The notes under the pieces: model-generated
Database searches by the model: none
Told to the model about the DNA's origin: nothing
The model's input: the letters and a program-made list of their open reading frames with translations, nothing else
In this document: piece by piece, positions 20,220-30,783 of the stretch
Layout of the letters: each line of letters begins with the position of its first letter
Numbering within the stretch: the stretch's first letter is position 1
Assembly: GCA_000004985.1 (NCBI GenBank)
Contig: GG738897.1
Reading direction: 5' to 3' (one strand)
Length of the DNA stretch: 64,000 nucleotides
DNA from: Naegleria gruberi
Lineage: Eukaryota
Position numbers and translations under genes: made by a program

Positions 20220-23066
20220 ATGTTCAGATCATCACCAAGTAGTCCCTCCGAAACTCAAACTCTTGTCGCTTGTTCTTCTCCTCTCTCATTGATGGGCTTT
20301 TCTGATGATGAAGAGGATGAACAGCCAAAACATGAACTTAACATCCACACACCAATTACACCTCAAATTAAAAACATTCCTTCTCATAATAATTTAATGA
20401 ATTCTCCACTAAAGTCTCCTCCGAATACTAATACATCAAATGGTAAATTATTACTCAATCTTCAACAAGGTAGTACTTCCATCACTAATAAGAATCCATT
20501 CAATATGAGCAATACAATGGATAGTAGTGATGATGATTTATTGGTTGATATTGATTCTCCACTATTAGAATTTGGACAAGACAATGTATTTAATAACAAC
20601 ACCACCACCTCTACAGCAATTAATAGAAACAACAATTCAGGAAAGTCTTCAAGTGATTCATCATCTTCGGAGAAGACTTCCCAAGGAGGCTCCTCTGATA
20701 CATCATCAAGTTCTTCAAGTAGTAGTAAGAAATCTTCATCACTTAAAGGCAGCAATAGCAGTAATAGTATTGCAAGTACGAGTAATACTAATAATAATGG
20801 AGGATCAACTCTTACTATTAAGCCAAAGGCTAAATCCACAAAAGAAAAGAAAGAAAAGAAAGAAAAGAAAGAAACTAAATCTCCAAAGAAAAAGAAGGAA
20901 ACTCCAAAAAAGAAAGTCGAATTCAAGAAGGTGGAAAGTAGTTTCAGTGACAGTAGTCCATCACCCCAAAGAGAATCAGAAAGTTCTAAGAAGAGAAAGA
21001 AATCCACTCCTGAAGAGGTTCCTAAAAAGTGGAAAAAGAAGAAAGTGGAAGAAGTTCCTCCTCTAGCTCAACCACCTCCATCAGTTGGAGGAAAGAAAAG
21101 TCTCTGTCGACAATTTACTGACATGATTACAGAAATTAAAAAGACAGCAAAGAAAAAGAAGTATCATGATGATTTGGATGTGAGTGAGGATGATTCAGAT
21201 GATTTGATGGATATTTCATCAAGTGAGGAGTTGCTATCTTCTGATTCAGAGGATGAAGTGGTTGTGAGAAAGAGAAAGAAATTAACTCCAAAGAAAAAGA
21301 AGCTCTTTGCAAATATGCGTTTTGTAATTTCAAATTCTCTTATTGAAAGTGATAAAGAAAAACTGGAAAAGAAAATTAAGGAAGAAAATGGAACAATTAT
21401 AAGACAATTATCATCTAGTAATTTGGATAGTTGTGAAATTGGTAAAACTGTACTCATTTCAGAAAAGACATCAACAAAACCAACCTATTTAATTGCACTA
21501 TTACTCGATATTCCAATACTGAAGAAGGATTGGATATTCGATTCAATTACCGAGAAGAAACTCATAACAGATGAGAAGACTATACAGAAGTATCTATTAG
21601 ATAGAGGTACAACTAGTTCTAGATTGGATCCATCTACTCTTCATGTTGAAAAACAAACATTCAATTCATCAATGATGTGCTGTAAAAAGGAAAATAGAAT
21701 TTTCTATGGTTGTCGAGTGAAGATTTTGGGAAATGAAAAAGAATTGTCCAGTTGGATCAGTATATTGGTTGCTGGTGGAGCCATCATAGATAATGAATTG
21801 ACTACACAAACAAGTGAAGGATCGAATTTCATTTTTGTAAAAGATTCGAATAAGCTTACTGAAGAAGATGTGGAGAAGGCAACATCTATGAAGCTTCCAA
21901 TACTTGATGGAGAAAGTTTGCTTCAAATTGTAATTACACTAGAAAGAAAATTCTCAGAAGAGCAAGTTTTAAACTATGCAGAGCTTTCGCAGATAACTAG
22001 AAAGATGCAACCACTTCCTTCGATCAATCTATTGGAAATGTCAATGCCACTAATTGAATTGCCAGATGAAACTGATGTTATCAACAATATGGATCTCATA
22101 GATAAGATTGAGTTTGGTAACTTTTTTAATATTAATGAGAAAGATTCCATTCAAAAAACCTCATTCACAAGAGTTACAACTTGTAGTGGTGATACTATAT
22201 GTGAAAAGTATTACATTCATGATATGGTTGTTTTGGATTATTTGAATGAGGAGTTAATTTGTAGAATAGATAGTTTATACTATTGTGGAAATATTCCAAC
22301 ACTAAGGGCTACCCAATATTATTCGAATCCAAAACGAAAGCTTCAAAAAACTGAAAGAGTAGTCAATTGTTCCGTAGAGCATATCAAGTACAAGCTTAAT
22401 ATTTGTGGACCTACCCGTCACAAATCCCAACACTTTTATTCGAATCAACGTTTCAACACCAAGACACAGGTCATTTCTGATATTTTGGAAGATATCAAAA
22501 CAGTTGGAGAAACTTGTCTTGGCTTGGAACAATGTAAAGAGCACAAATTCAAATGGCTACCACCTTTCAAAACCAATATTTTCAATGACCACATTATGGT
22601 TAGCACACTCAAATGGAGGAAGCAATTATTCCAACAGGGAGACTTTGTTCTCATCAAACAAAAACAATCTGATTTACAAATTGTTGGATGCATAACAGAG
22701 ATGAGGGAGAATGATACCAATATTTTCGCCATTCCATCTTCCAGAAAGTTTCCAATTTCACAGGGATCACTCTTTGTGGAAATATTCGAAAAGCTCGACC
22801 AAGATTTTTGTGTACTCTCCAAAAACTCCAACGTGATAACAACAACAACTGATAACCACCAACAAGGAAACACTGTTGTCAGTCAATTGTGTGTGAATAA
22901 CAGTAATAATCAACAGTACAAGACAACTCACCAAGTTTCAAGATTGGATGTTGAATCTATTCAGCACATCCAATCATTTGTAGCCATTAATGGTCAATTA
23001 ATTGGAGACAATTCAATTAACACGCTAGTCCAACAATACTCTAACAATCTGATCATCATCCACTAG
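20220..23066 (+). CDS. Large nuclear-type protein with tandem BRCT-like domains and long Ser/Lys/Glu low-complexity regions.
   Basis: 948-aa ORF. After a long S/K/E-rich region there are two segments with BRCT-like spacing (FANMRFVISNSLIESDKEKLEKKIKEENGTII...TYLIALL and IFYGCRVKILGNEKELSSWISILVAGGAII). The protein contains a (GAAAGA)n-encoded KEKKEKKEKKE repeat. Function not assigned. Confidence 0.5.
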   Translation: MFRSSPSSPSETQTLVACSSPLSLMGFSDDEEDEQPKHELNIHTPITPQIKNIPSHNNLMNSPLKSPPNTNTSNGKLLLNLQQGSTSITNKNPFNMSNTMDSSDDDLLVDIDSPLLEFGQDNVFNNNTTTSTAINRNNNSGKSSSDSSSSEKTSQGGSSDTSSSSSSSSKKSSSLKGSNSSNSIASTSNTNNNGGSTLTIKPKAKSTKEKKEKKEKKETKSPKKKKETPKKKVEFKKVESSFSDSSPSPQRESESSKKRKKSTPEEVPKKWKKKKVEEVPPLAQPPPSVGGKKSLCRQFTDMITEIKKTAKKKKYHDDLDVSEDDSDDLMDISSSEELLSSDSEDEVVVRKRKKLTPKKKKLFANMRFVISNSLIESDKEKLEKKIKEENGTIIRQLSSSNLDSCEIGKTVLISEKTSTKPTYLIALLLDIPILKKDWIFDSITEKKLITDEKTIQKYLLDRGTTSSRLDPSTLHVEKQTFNSSMMCCKKENRIFYGCRVKILGNEKELSSWISILVAGGAIIDNELTTQTSEGSNFIFVKDSNKLTEEDVEKATSMKLPILDGESLLQIVITLERKFSEEQVLNYAELSQITRKMQPLPSINLLEMSMPLIELPDETDVINNMDLIDKIEFGNFFNINEKDSIQKTSFTRVTTCSGDTICEKYYIHDMVVLDYLNEELICRIDSLYYCGNIPTLRATQYYSNPKRKLQKTERVVNCSVEHIKYKLNICGPTRHKSQHFYSNQRFNTKTQVISDILEDIKTVGETCLGLEQCKEHKFKWLPPFKTNIFNDHIMVSTLKWRKQLFQQGDFVLIKQKQSDLQIVGCITEMRENDTNIFAIPSSRKFPISQGSLFVEIFEKLDQDFCVLSKNSNVITTTTDNHQQGNTVVSQLCVNNSNNQQYKTTHQVSRLDVESIQHIQSFVAINGQLIGDNSINTLVQQYSNNLIIIH

Positions 23067-23126
23067 TGATGAATTTGCAATGCCACATGTCACTACTAAT
23101 TATTATAATGAAACACCAATAAAAAA

Positions 23127-26100
23127 ATGAGCAATTCCAACCCGAGAGGAGGAGGATATGGTGAGTCAGCATCATCATCTCTGGGTGGTGGTGGTCAAGT
23201 AAAGGAATCTAAACGATATACGATGGATTTTAAAAAACTTGGTCTCAATCCCATGAATTTGAATAAATCATCAAATAATAGCAAGACAAATAATTTAGGA
23301 GGAGCTAACAGTTTATTACAACAAATAATTAATGATGATAAGAATTATCATTTGCAACAAGTGGGTGAAGTGATTGAAGGACAAACTACGGAGGGAATTA
23401 ATGATGTGTTTTTTAATGTACCTCCAGGTAAATTTAAAGTACAAGTTTCGAATACGACTGGAACTGGATTGAGAATATTTTCATCTGTAGTGTTGAGAGC
23501 TGATGTTTCATGTCAATCATCAGTGACATCAACTATTCAAAATGATAATGATCAATTACATAATTCAGAAAATATAGAAAAAGGTAATTCATGGAGTACT
23601 CTTGTTACAACACCAATGGATTCACAACAATCTACAATTAGAATTACTTTATTTTGTGAACCACCTGATGCTAAATGTAGTTACAAAATTCAAGTTCATC
23701 AAATTTTTAATATTGTACATACTAAAGGTTTCGAATTGGGAAAAGGTGAGGAAAATGATTACAAATTTGATTTGAGTCCTGGTCAATATCACATATTTGT
23801 TCAATCATTGAATTCTCAACCATTTGCTTGTAGTTATCAATTAGCCAATTCTACAAGTTATTCAGAGGATAATATCAAAGATTTAAAGATTCTTCCACAT
23901 CCAATTGTGGTCATCATTGAAGATGATCAACAACAGAGTACCAATTTACTTGATGTGAAAGTTGCATCAAAAACACAAAAAGCAGTCAAGGCAAAATTAT
24001 TAATTTTACAATCTATTAGTGAATTTGAATTGAAAAGAACTCTGGATAGTGAACAGAGAGTTACAATTAATGAGTTTAAATCATTAATTGATGATAGTTA
24101 CAGAGAAAGAAATGTAGAAACAATGCAAGGATTGGAATTAATGTTGACAGATTTATATGAAAAGAAGGGGTCAAGATTTCAACCTATTCATGCCTATGGG
24201 AAGGCAATGAAAACTCATTTGGAAGAATCTTTGGAATTGGAAAAACAGTTAAAAGAAATCACTCATGTTGATAATAATTTGTTAAAATCAAATTTGTTGG
24301 ACAATTTGATTAAACAATTTAAGAATTTGAAATACTTGACAGAGAAAAACAAACTTGACACTAAGGTTTTGATCAATCTTTCTGAATCAGAGCAAAAAGT
24401 AATCAAATTCAAGGAAATTGTAAAGAAAATCAATGAATGGAAACCAAAATTGAAGGAAGTCCTGCACAATCCAGACAGCAAAGTTCTCCAGGAAACACTT
24501 GATCAAATTAGTGACGATACACTTTTACAAGATGATTCGTGCTCTGAAATTATCAATAACATGCTTGAAGAACCGTCAATTTTGCTGAAACGACTTCAAG
24601 CAGTTGACAAGACCAAAAAGAAAATCAAAAAGTTCGTTGCTGAGGAAAATGAAACTGCTCTTCAATCACTTAAACCTGTCATTGAAGATTATGACAAGGT
24701 AGAGAGAAAATACATTGAAAAGGAGTATAATCTCATTCTCCAAACATTGGAAAAGATTAGTTTGAGAAAGAATGCAGAAAAGAAATTGAGAGAAGCCATT
24801 TTAACAAAACAAACTCACAGAATTGGTGCTGATATCAAAGCTTTTGAACCATATCTGAAAGGAACTGATCTACTCAGAGATGCCAAGCAAATATTGGAAG
24901 ATTTACTTGACAATGGTGATGCCGACGTTTCTAAATATTTACATGGAGCAGATGAGGTGATTGTTGCTTCTCCACCAATTCAAAAATCAACACCCAAACA
25001 ACCAGAACCTAAAAATCCATCGAGTCCAGTAGTGAAAATTCCACTCACCAACAAGGAAGATTTACTGAATAGTTTACTTGCTGAGGATGATGGCTTACCG
25101 AGTGCCAGAGGAGAAAATACAGAACCACTGAAAGCAACAACAATTAATTCGCCAACCACTTCAACAAGTGCTGTTGAACCATCTACTGCCTCCTCTGTTA
25201 AATCGCCACAGGAGGAACAAGTTCAAACTGAAAGGGAAAAGAAGGATGCCTTGTTGAATTCCATTCTTGCAGATGATGATGGATATGAAGAACAAGTGAC
25301 CAATATTCAACAACCATCAGCAGCTGTTGTTGCAACAAAAACGGTCAAGAAGATTCCAACCAAGATTTCAATTCCAAAAACTAAAAAGATTACAAAAAAT
25401 AGTGATTCTGGTAAGATAATCAACTCTATCAGATCTCCAATGACAGATAAACAAAAGACTGGAAGTACAGATACTCAATCTGATATTAGTGAGCTTTCTG
25501 ATAGTGATTACGAAATGTCAGATGATGAAGATGAAATTCCAAAACCAAAAGCTTCACTTTTAGAATCACTTGGATCAATATATAGTGATGTGTTAACAGA
25601 GGATGACAAGAAGAGTTCTGAAAATATTGCATCATCACCAATACCACTTGATATTCTTTTGAGAAAACCATCTTCAACTCCAACTGAAATACCAAAGAAG
25701 GATCAAGACTTTACTCCAAAGAATAGCAGTCCAATCGTCAGTTCCATGTCTCCAAAGGAACAACAACCATTGCCAACCATTAAAACAAGTATTGAGAAGA
25801 AAGCAGAACAAACAGTTACCTTCTCTCCTCAATTTCCAACTCCAAAACCTAAAAAGACAGTCTTCTCTCAAGCATCTGTTCTCCAAAATAAGAAGCAATG
25901 GCAAGATGAGTTGAAGCAGAAAGAAAACTCACTCTTGGAGAGATTTGAAAGGATGATTTCCAAACCAGTGAGTAATACATTGGATATTAACAATAAGGAA
26001 ATGGTAAAACTCATGATGAGACAACACAAAATATCAAACCATCCTCTGCTTAATCAACTTCACCAGGAAATACTCATTCTCATTAATAGCAATGGAGGCG

Positions 26101-27326
26101 ATCCTAGAAATAATGGTGTGATAACAGTCACCAAATTTGATCATTTTGTGGAACATGATATTGTGTATAGTCCAATTAATACTCAAAATGGAACACTTTC
26201 ACAATATACAGCTCAATACTATGATCACTTTATCAAAATATTGGCAAGTGTTTGTTTGAATAGAACTAAAAAGAAGTTCTTTGGAATGTCAGAAAGAACA
26301 TTCTACAGTATTCTATACGATTGTGTTTCTGATAACAGTTTGGTAATGATTAATGATCCATCACTGAGATATATGAATACTCATAGAATTCACTTGTTAT
26401 TGGAATATTTTGATTCAAAGAAATATGCCCAGAAATATCAACAACAATATCAACAATCCAAGGATATTAGTTTAATGGAATTCTTGTTGGATATTGGTGA
26501 ATTGGTTGATATTTTCAATTTTATTTGTAAATATTGTAATAATTACTTATCAACAGTTTATGATCCAACATCAATCATGGTAGATAGTACTCATAGAGAT
26601 GAATTCCTCTCAATTGTTGAATTATTGAATCAGATGAACTTTTGTTTAGGATACACTCCAAAAAAACTTGATGTTTATGCAATTAATATTCATTTGAAAG
26701 GAAGTGTTGAAAATGTACTTCAACTCACAAGAGCAACAGAGGATATTGCTAAATTTGTTGGATCTAAGAAGAATCTCAAAGTTGATGATCTAGTTCACAT
26801 ATCAAAGTTTGCCAGATGTACTCTGTGTCCAATTCTTGAACGAATTTTCAAGCAGGGAATTAAATTCCAATCAGTAATGAAAGGATACTATCACATATGG
26901 AGTGTAATTCTTGAAATGTTTTATTATTTACAATATCAATTGCCTGATTATGTAAAGAGTGGGTTGTCGACTGCCATTGCCCAACAGGAATTAATTGACA
27001 CTTCAGGTTTGAGTAATGAACAATTACACTACTTTGATTTTGTTCATTACACACTCCTTATTTCTAAATCCATTACTAGAAACGAGCTGCTTTTCGATAG
27101 GCATTTACATTTTAGAACTTGGTTGTGTTTGGCATTGAATCATCACAGATTATTCAATTTTATTAATTTAATATTCAAGAATCAAGCTATACTGAAGAGA
27201 TATTACAATATTGAAGCATCTATATTAGATCCTCACGTTCAAGAATTAATATTATCATGTGTGAACACACTGTGTGAAATTGATTTCCAAATCAAATTGG
27301 ACCATCCTGAAATGTATAATTTTTAA
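23127..27326 (+). CDS. Very large (1399 aa) uncharacterised protein with coiled-coil middle region and Ser/Thr/Pro-rich linker.
   Basis: Single uninterrupted 4.2-kb ORF. There is a predicted coiled-coil region (LKRTLDSEQRVTINEFKSLIDDSYRERNVETMQGLELMLTDLYEKK...) and a conserved-looking C-terminal globular region (FFGMSERTFYSILYDCVSDNSLVMINDPSLRYMNTHRIHLLLEYF...). No motif I can name confidently. Confidence 0.5.
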   Translation: MSNSNPRGGGYGESASSSLGGGGQVKESKRYTMDFKKLGLNPMNLNKSSNNSKTNNLGGANSLLQQIINDDKNYHLQQVGEVIEGQTTEGINDVFFNVPPGKFKVQVSNTTGTGLRIFSSVVLRADVSCQSSVTSTIQNDNDQLHNSENIEKGNSWSTLVTTPMDSQQSTIRITLFCEPPDAKCSYKIQVHQIFNIVHTKGFELGKGEENDYKFDLSPGQYHIFVQSLNSQPFACSYQLANSTSYSEDNIKDLKILPHPIVVIIEDDQQQSTNLLDVKVASKTQKAVKAKLLILQSISEFELKRTLDSEQRVTINEFKSLIDDSYRERNVETMQGLELMLTDLYEKKGSRFQPIHAYGKAMKTHLEESLELEKQLKEITHVDNNLLKSNLLDNLIKQFKNLKYLTEKNKLDTKVLINLSESEQKVIKFKEIVKKINEWKPKLKEVLHNPDSKVLQETLDQISDDTLLQDDSCSEIINNMLEEPSILLKRLQAVDKTKKKIKKFVAEENETALQSLKPVIEDYDKVERKYIEKEYNLILQTLEKISLRKNAEKKLREAILTKQTHRIGADIKAFEPYLKGTDLLRDAKQILEDLLDNGDADVSKYLHGADEVIVASPPIQKSTPKQPEPKNPSSPVVKIPLTNKEDLLNSLLAEDDGLPSARGENTEPLKATTINSPTTSTSAVEPSTASSVKSPQEEQVQTEREKKDALLNSILADDDGYEEQVTNIQQPSAAVVATKTVKKIPTKISIPKTKKITKNSDSGKIINSIRSPMTDKQKTGSTDTQSDISELSDSDYEMSDDEDEIPKPKASLLESLGSIYSDVLTEDDKKSSENIASSPIPLDILLRKPSSTPTEIPKKDQDFTPKNSSPIVSSMSPKEQQPLPTIKTSIEKKAEQTVTFSPQFPTPKPKKTVFSQASVLQNKKQWQDELKQKENSLLERFERMISKPVSNTLDINNKEMVKLMMRQHKISNHPLLNQLHQEILILINSNGGDPRNNGVITVTKFDHFVEHDIVYSPINTQNGTLSQYTAQYYDHFIKILASVCLNRTKKKFFGMSERTFYSILYDCVSDNSLVMINDPSLRYMNTHRIHLLLEYFDSKKYAQKYQQQYQQSKDISLMEFLLDIGELVDIFNFICKYCNNYLSTVYDPTSIMVDSTHRDEFLSIVELLNQMNFCLGYTPKKLDVYAINIHLKGSVENVLQLTRATEDIAKFVGSKKNLKVDDLVHISKFARCTLCPILERIFKQGIKFQSVMKGYYHIWSVILEMFYYLQYQLPDYVKSGLSTAIAQQELIDTSGLSNEQLHYFDFVHYTLLISKSITRNELLFDRHLHFRTWLCLALNHHRLFNFINLIFKNQAILKRYYNIEASILDPHVQELILSCVNTLCEIDFQIKLDHPEMYNF

Positions 27327-27327
27327 T

Positions 27328-28554
27328 TTATTTAACAATATTAAATTTTGAAATTTTCTTAGCTAGATATGTTGATAAAAAGTTTAATCCCTTCACTGTA
27401 ATGATTATCTCAATTTCGAATTTTCTTAATTTCATACTTTGCAATTCATCTCTGACATGATCTAGTTCTTTTCTTTTGATGGAATCCTTGATATGACGAT
27501 CAATAAGATTAATTTCTCTTTGAGATATTGGCTGATTGTAATAATGTGGAATGTCCTTAACATCTTCGTAATTCATTCCAAGCCATTGAAGTCTATCTTT
27601 GAGTGCTGACTCTTGTTGAACTTTGTGTCTACTCATTTCAACACTTCCATACTTGTATGTACTCATAATTTGATATCCAAAAATATTGAAATCACATAAA
27701 GCATATAATCTAGCATTTGGAAATCTAGTAGAAACATGTTTCACAACATAACGAGTCACAATCGATGGATATCCACATCCAGTAATCAACAAACAATTCC
27801 TAACAAGTTTGAAAATCTTATCTTCCACAAGTCTTCTAAATATTGCATCTTTCTCAATAATTAACACAGTGTCCACATTTCCAAAATAATCAATTGAGGG
27901 AAAATCTCCTGGAATGCTTTCCACTGAGGCCTGTTTGTTTCCATTAAGCGATAACAAGCTATTTCCTCTTCCATCATTGCTGTAAATAAATCCCTTACTC
28001 ATGCAAATGATATTCAATAAGGATCTGTCAACCTTCAACACATCACCAACAGTTGACAAACATCTATTACATTGAATTTGATCCCTGAATGTAGTAACAT
28101 TCATATAAAACAATTCTCTCTGAGTAATCTTCTTCCTACAATTCAACAGTAAATGAACATCCTTCATCAACAGCCAAACAAGATGATTCTTCTTAAGATG
28201 ATTATTTTTCAAACTCTTCTTCTCAAATGTTCCACTTTTTGATTTAATTATTTGATGAAGCCTTTCTCCATTAGACTGATTCGAATCCCTTGTTCCGAAT
28301 GAATAATTTAAAATCAAATCTTGTCCATTCTTTTCATCATTCTCAATCAATTTAAATAGAAACTCCAAAACATATGATTCAATCAATGATATAATCTCCT
28401 CATTCGGTAGTAAATAGTGAATCTCACACATCTTTTCAATATCAAACAAGTTTAATTCATCTTCCATATCATCTTCATTCTCCTCCAAAACAAGCCTTGT
28501 TGCATTTTCAGACAAGCCTTGTTCCTCATCCTCAGCATCGTTCTCATGATTCAT
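27328..28554 (-). CDS. SPO11: Spo11 / topoisomerase VI subunit A homolog (meiotic DSB transesterase family).
   Basis: 408-aa ORF. The 5Y-CAP catalytic tyrosine motif QRELFYMNVTTF corresponds to R-D/E-I/L-F/Y-Y. The Toprim acidic motif VLIIEKDAIFRRL...LLITGCGYPSIVTRYVV corresponds to (I/V)L.VEK.A.F.RL...I.T.KG.PD..TR. The following TYKYGS motif is also present. The second acidic Toprim motif reads ALCDFNIFGYQIM where the consensus is D-x-D-P-x-G (see findings). Confidence 0.8.
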   Translation of the reverse strand: MNHENDAEDEEQGLSENATRLVLEENEDDMEDELNLFDIEKMCEIHYLLPNEEIISLIESYVLEFLFKLIENDEKNGQDLILNYSFGTRDSNQSNGERLHQIIKSKSGTFEKKSLKNNHLKKNHLVWLLMKDVHLLLNCRKKITQRELFYMNVTTFRDQIQCNRCLSTVGDVLKVDRSLLNIICMSKGFIYSNDGRGNSLLSLNGNKQASVESIPGDFPSIDYFGNVDTVLIIEKDAIFRRLVEDKIFKLVRNCLLITGCGYPSIVTRYVVKHVSTRFPNARLYALCDFNIFGYQIMSTYKYGSVEMSRHKVQQESALKDRLQWLGMNYEDVKDIPHYYNQPISQREINLIDRHIKDSIKRKELDHVRDELQSMKLRKFEIEIIITVKGLNFLSTYLAKKISKFNIVK

Positions 28555-28723
28555 TGTAATACAATTTACTCTAAATCTCTTTCAATGTTGTTTTATTTTT
28601 TTTAAAGCCTAAAATTAATCAATTAATAATGAATTTGAATGAATTAATCGATAAATTAATGAGTGGTGCATTGTTTTTGTACATTAAGAGTAATCTAACT
28701 TCTCCTATTGGCAGCTTTAATAT

Positions 28724-29392
28724 TTACATTAATTTTGTTGTTTGTAGACTACAATTTGAGTTAATAAGATGTTGGAATATATTAGTTTCATAATACTTAC
28801 AATGAGGATTAAGTCTTAGTTTGTTTAAAAACTTTTGTAACCATGTATCTAGAATATTGGTTGGCAAAACGAGCATTTCTCTCATAGTACCTGATTCATT
28901 AACTTGATATGGCTTAGTAAAGCTTGACATGAAATTGAATAAATCATTGGCAATAGCCTTGACTAATTGTTGAACTTGAGATTGTTCCATTTGTTGTTTT
29001 CCGACAGCATTACAAGTCAAATTATTAATTGTATCAATTGGTTCTAAGGAAATACCAACAAATAATTGATCAACATTATTATTATAATTAATTCCTTGGA
29101 AAGCAGATTGAACACTTGATGATGAATCAAAGGATAAAGGAACGTGAATATGTGTACTTGGTTTATCAATTGTCAAGAAATCCAAAAATTCCCAATTATT
29201 TGAATCTTTAGAAATATAAATTGTAAATCCGTGGCTTAATGGAGGCATTCCAACATTTGGCAATGCAAAAATCGTCAACTCCGATATCGATTGTCCATTC
29301 ACTTTATCAGGTATTTGTATAAACCAACGATTTTCACCCACTTGATTAAAATTTGCATAACAAGGTCTTCCAGGACTAACCAATCCAAACAT
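28724..29392 (-). CDS. HIKESHI: Hikeshi (Hsp70 nuclear-import carrier; DUF775/C11orf73 family).
   Basis: MFGLVSPGRPCYANFNQVGENRWFIQIPD... parallels human Hikeshi [29 protein letters not shown]. The C-terminal region is also conserved (NDLFNFMSSFT..., MLVLPTNILDTWLQKFLNKLRLNPHCKYY vs ...[25 protein letters not shown]). Confidence 0.8.
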   Translation of the reverse strand: MFGLVSPGRPCYANFNQVGENRWFIQIPDKVNGQSISELTIFALPNVGMPPLSHGFTIYISKDSNNWEFLDFLTIDKPSTHIHVPLSFDSSSSVQSAFQGINYNNNVDQLFVGISLEPIDTINNLTCNAVGKQQMEQSQVQQLVKAIANDLFNFMSSFTKPYQVNESGTMREMLVLPTNILDTWLQKFLNKLRLNPHCKYYETNIFQHLINSNCSLQTTKLM

Positions 29393-29486
29393 TTTTTTGA
29401 TTTTGTTTTCTAAAAATAAATTTTCATCAATTTTTTGATATTCTTTTTAGGACCTTCTTCGGAATTGGTTTTCGGAATCAGAAAAA

Positions 29487-30146
29487 ATGCCAAAAAAACA
29501 AAAATCTTCTCCACCAGCAACACAAACTTCCGAAGTTATTGAAGAAAAGGAAGTAACATTAACTGCTGATGAGTCAAAAGTAACAAAGGAGGATAAAGAA
29601 AATTTGGAAATAACAGAAGAATATACAATTAATTATTTATCACTTGTTGATCGATATATGAATATTTATAAAAATGATTTGATACCAAATATTAAAAGTG
29701 GATTTTTTGGTTTGTCTACAACCAGATTGAATATGGGTGCTGAATATTTAGGAATCGAGCATATTCCTAATGAAGATATATTAAAATCAAAAATTCATTT
29801 GGATTCACAATCATTGGAAATTATAGATTTTGATAATGTTGCCAGCCATTTTGATAAATCATTAAAAGAAGAGGATGAAGAAGAAAATGGAAAATCCAAA
29901 CTCAGGAATAGAAAATCGAAAAAAGAAACAGAGGAAACTGAGGAATCAAATGGCTCCAAATTGGAAGCTGACTATGAAGAAAATTTAAAAAAGAAGAATC
30001 CTATTTATTGGTATGGAACCATTCAACTTTCAGAAGATTTAGTTCAAGCTCAATCATATTTTGTAAATGCTCTCAAATCTGCTCTAGAATTAGGGAAAAT
30101 TGTAAAGGAGTTGAATGAATTGGAAGCAAAGAAAACTACCATGTAA
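29487..30146 (+). CDS. Uncharacterised acidic protein.
   Basis: 219-aa ORF with an acidic/K-rich middle and predicted helical ends. No recognisable domain. Confidence 0.35.
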   Translation: MPKKQKSSPPATQTSEVIEEKEVTLTADESKVTKEDKENLEITEEYTINYLSLVDRYMNIYKNDLIPNIKSGFFGLSTTRLNMGAEYLGIEHIPNEDILKSKIHLDSQSLEIIDFDNVASHFDKSLKEEDEEENGKSKLRNRKSKKETEETEESNGSKLEADYEENLKKKNPIYWYGTIQLSEDLVQAQSYFVNALKSALELGKIVKELNELEAKKTTM

Positions 30147-30216
30147 ATTCTCATTCCCATCAATTAACTAAAGCCATACTTCCATCATTACTGCCACCAA
30201 GTAGATGTTGTGTTCA

Positions 30217-30696
30217 TTAAGGGCACAATTTCACAAGAGTCTCATTTCCATATTTATCTTTCATAACCTCATAAAATTCATTTGCAATATCACCATCATC
30301 ATCCATATAATAAGGTTGAGCTCCAATTTTATATTCTTTAATATCTTGCAGTGTGAGAATATTTCCTCTTTCATTCATTAATTTTTCTATATTTTCCACT
30401 ATTTTGAAAGATGGATCTATTTGTTTCCTATTGCTACGTTTCAATCCAATATATTTTGATTGTGATGATAGATGAGAAATTGATAAATCACTTTCCATTG
30501 CTTTTGAGGGAAATAAATGTCGGATCAAGGAAGAAAGTCTAGTCACATGTTTAGAAGTCATGTAATGACCACTACATGAATTTTCCGATATTAATAATCC
30601 ATCACCTCGATGACCTATTGTATCTGTTAAATTCCATTCATTCAATTTGATTTCATTTAGTCTTGCCCTGCTGGATATGAAACTCTCCTCTATCAT
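30217..30696 (-). CDS. Uncharacterised protein (159 aa).
   Basis: ORF with non-repetitive composition and good coding-like codon usage. No motif recognised. Confidence 0.35.
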   Translation of the reverse strand: MIEESFISSRARLNEIKLNEWNLTDTIGHRGDGLLISENSCSGHYMTSKHVTRLSSLIRHLFPSKAMESDLSISHLSSQSKYIGLKRSNRKQIDPSFKIVENIEKLMNERGNILTLQDIKEYKIGAQPYYMDDDGDIANEFYEVMKDKYGNETLVKLCP

Positions 30697-30783
30697 GTTG
30701 TTTAATATTTTTTTATTCTTATTTAATTATTGGAATTAATAGATATTAAAACAATAATTAATAAATCATTGTAAAAGGAAAAT

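Noticed and set aside
20462-21066. ORFs 20462..21007 (minus) and 20572..21066 (plus, alternate frame) inside the BRCT-protein gene.
   Set aside because: Both are artefacts of the repetitive (GAAAGA)n / Ser-Lys-Glu low-complexity coding region. They have low-complexity poly-L/F or poly-K/R translations and overlap the main frame.
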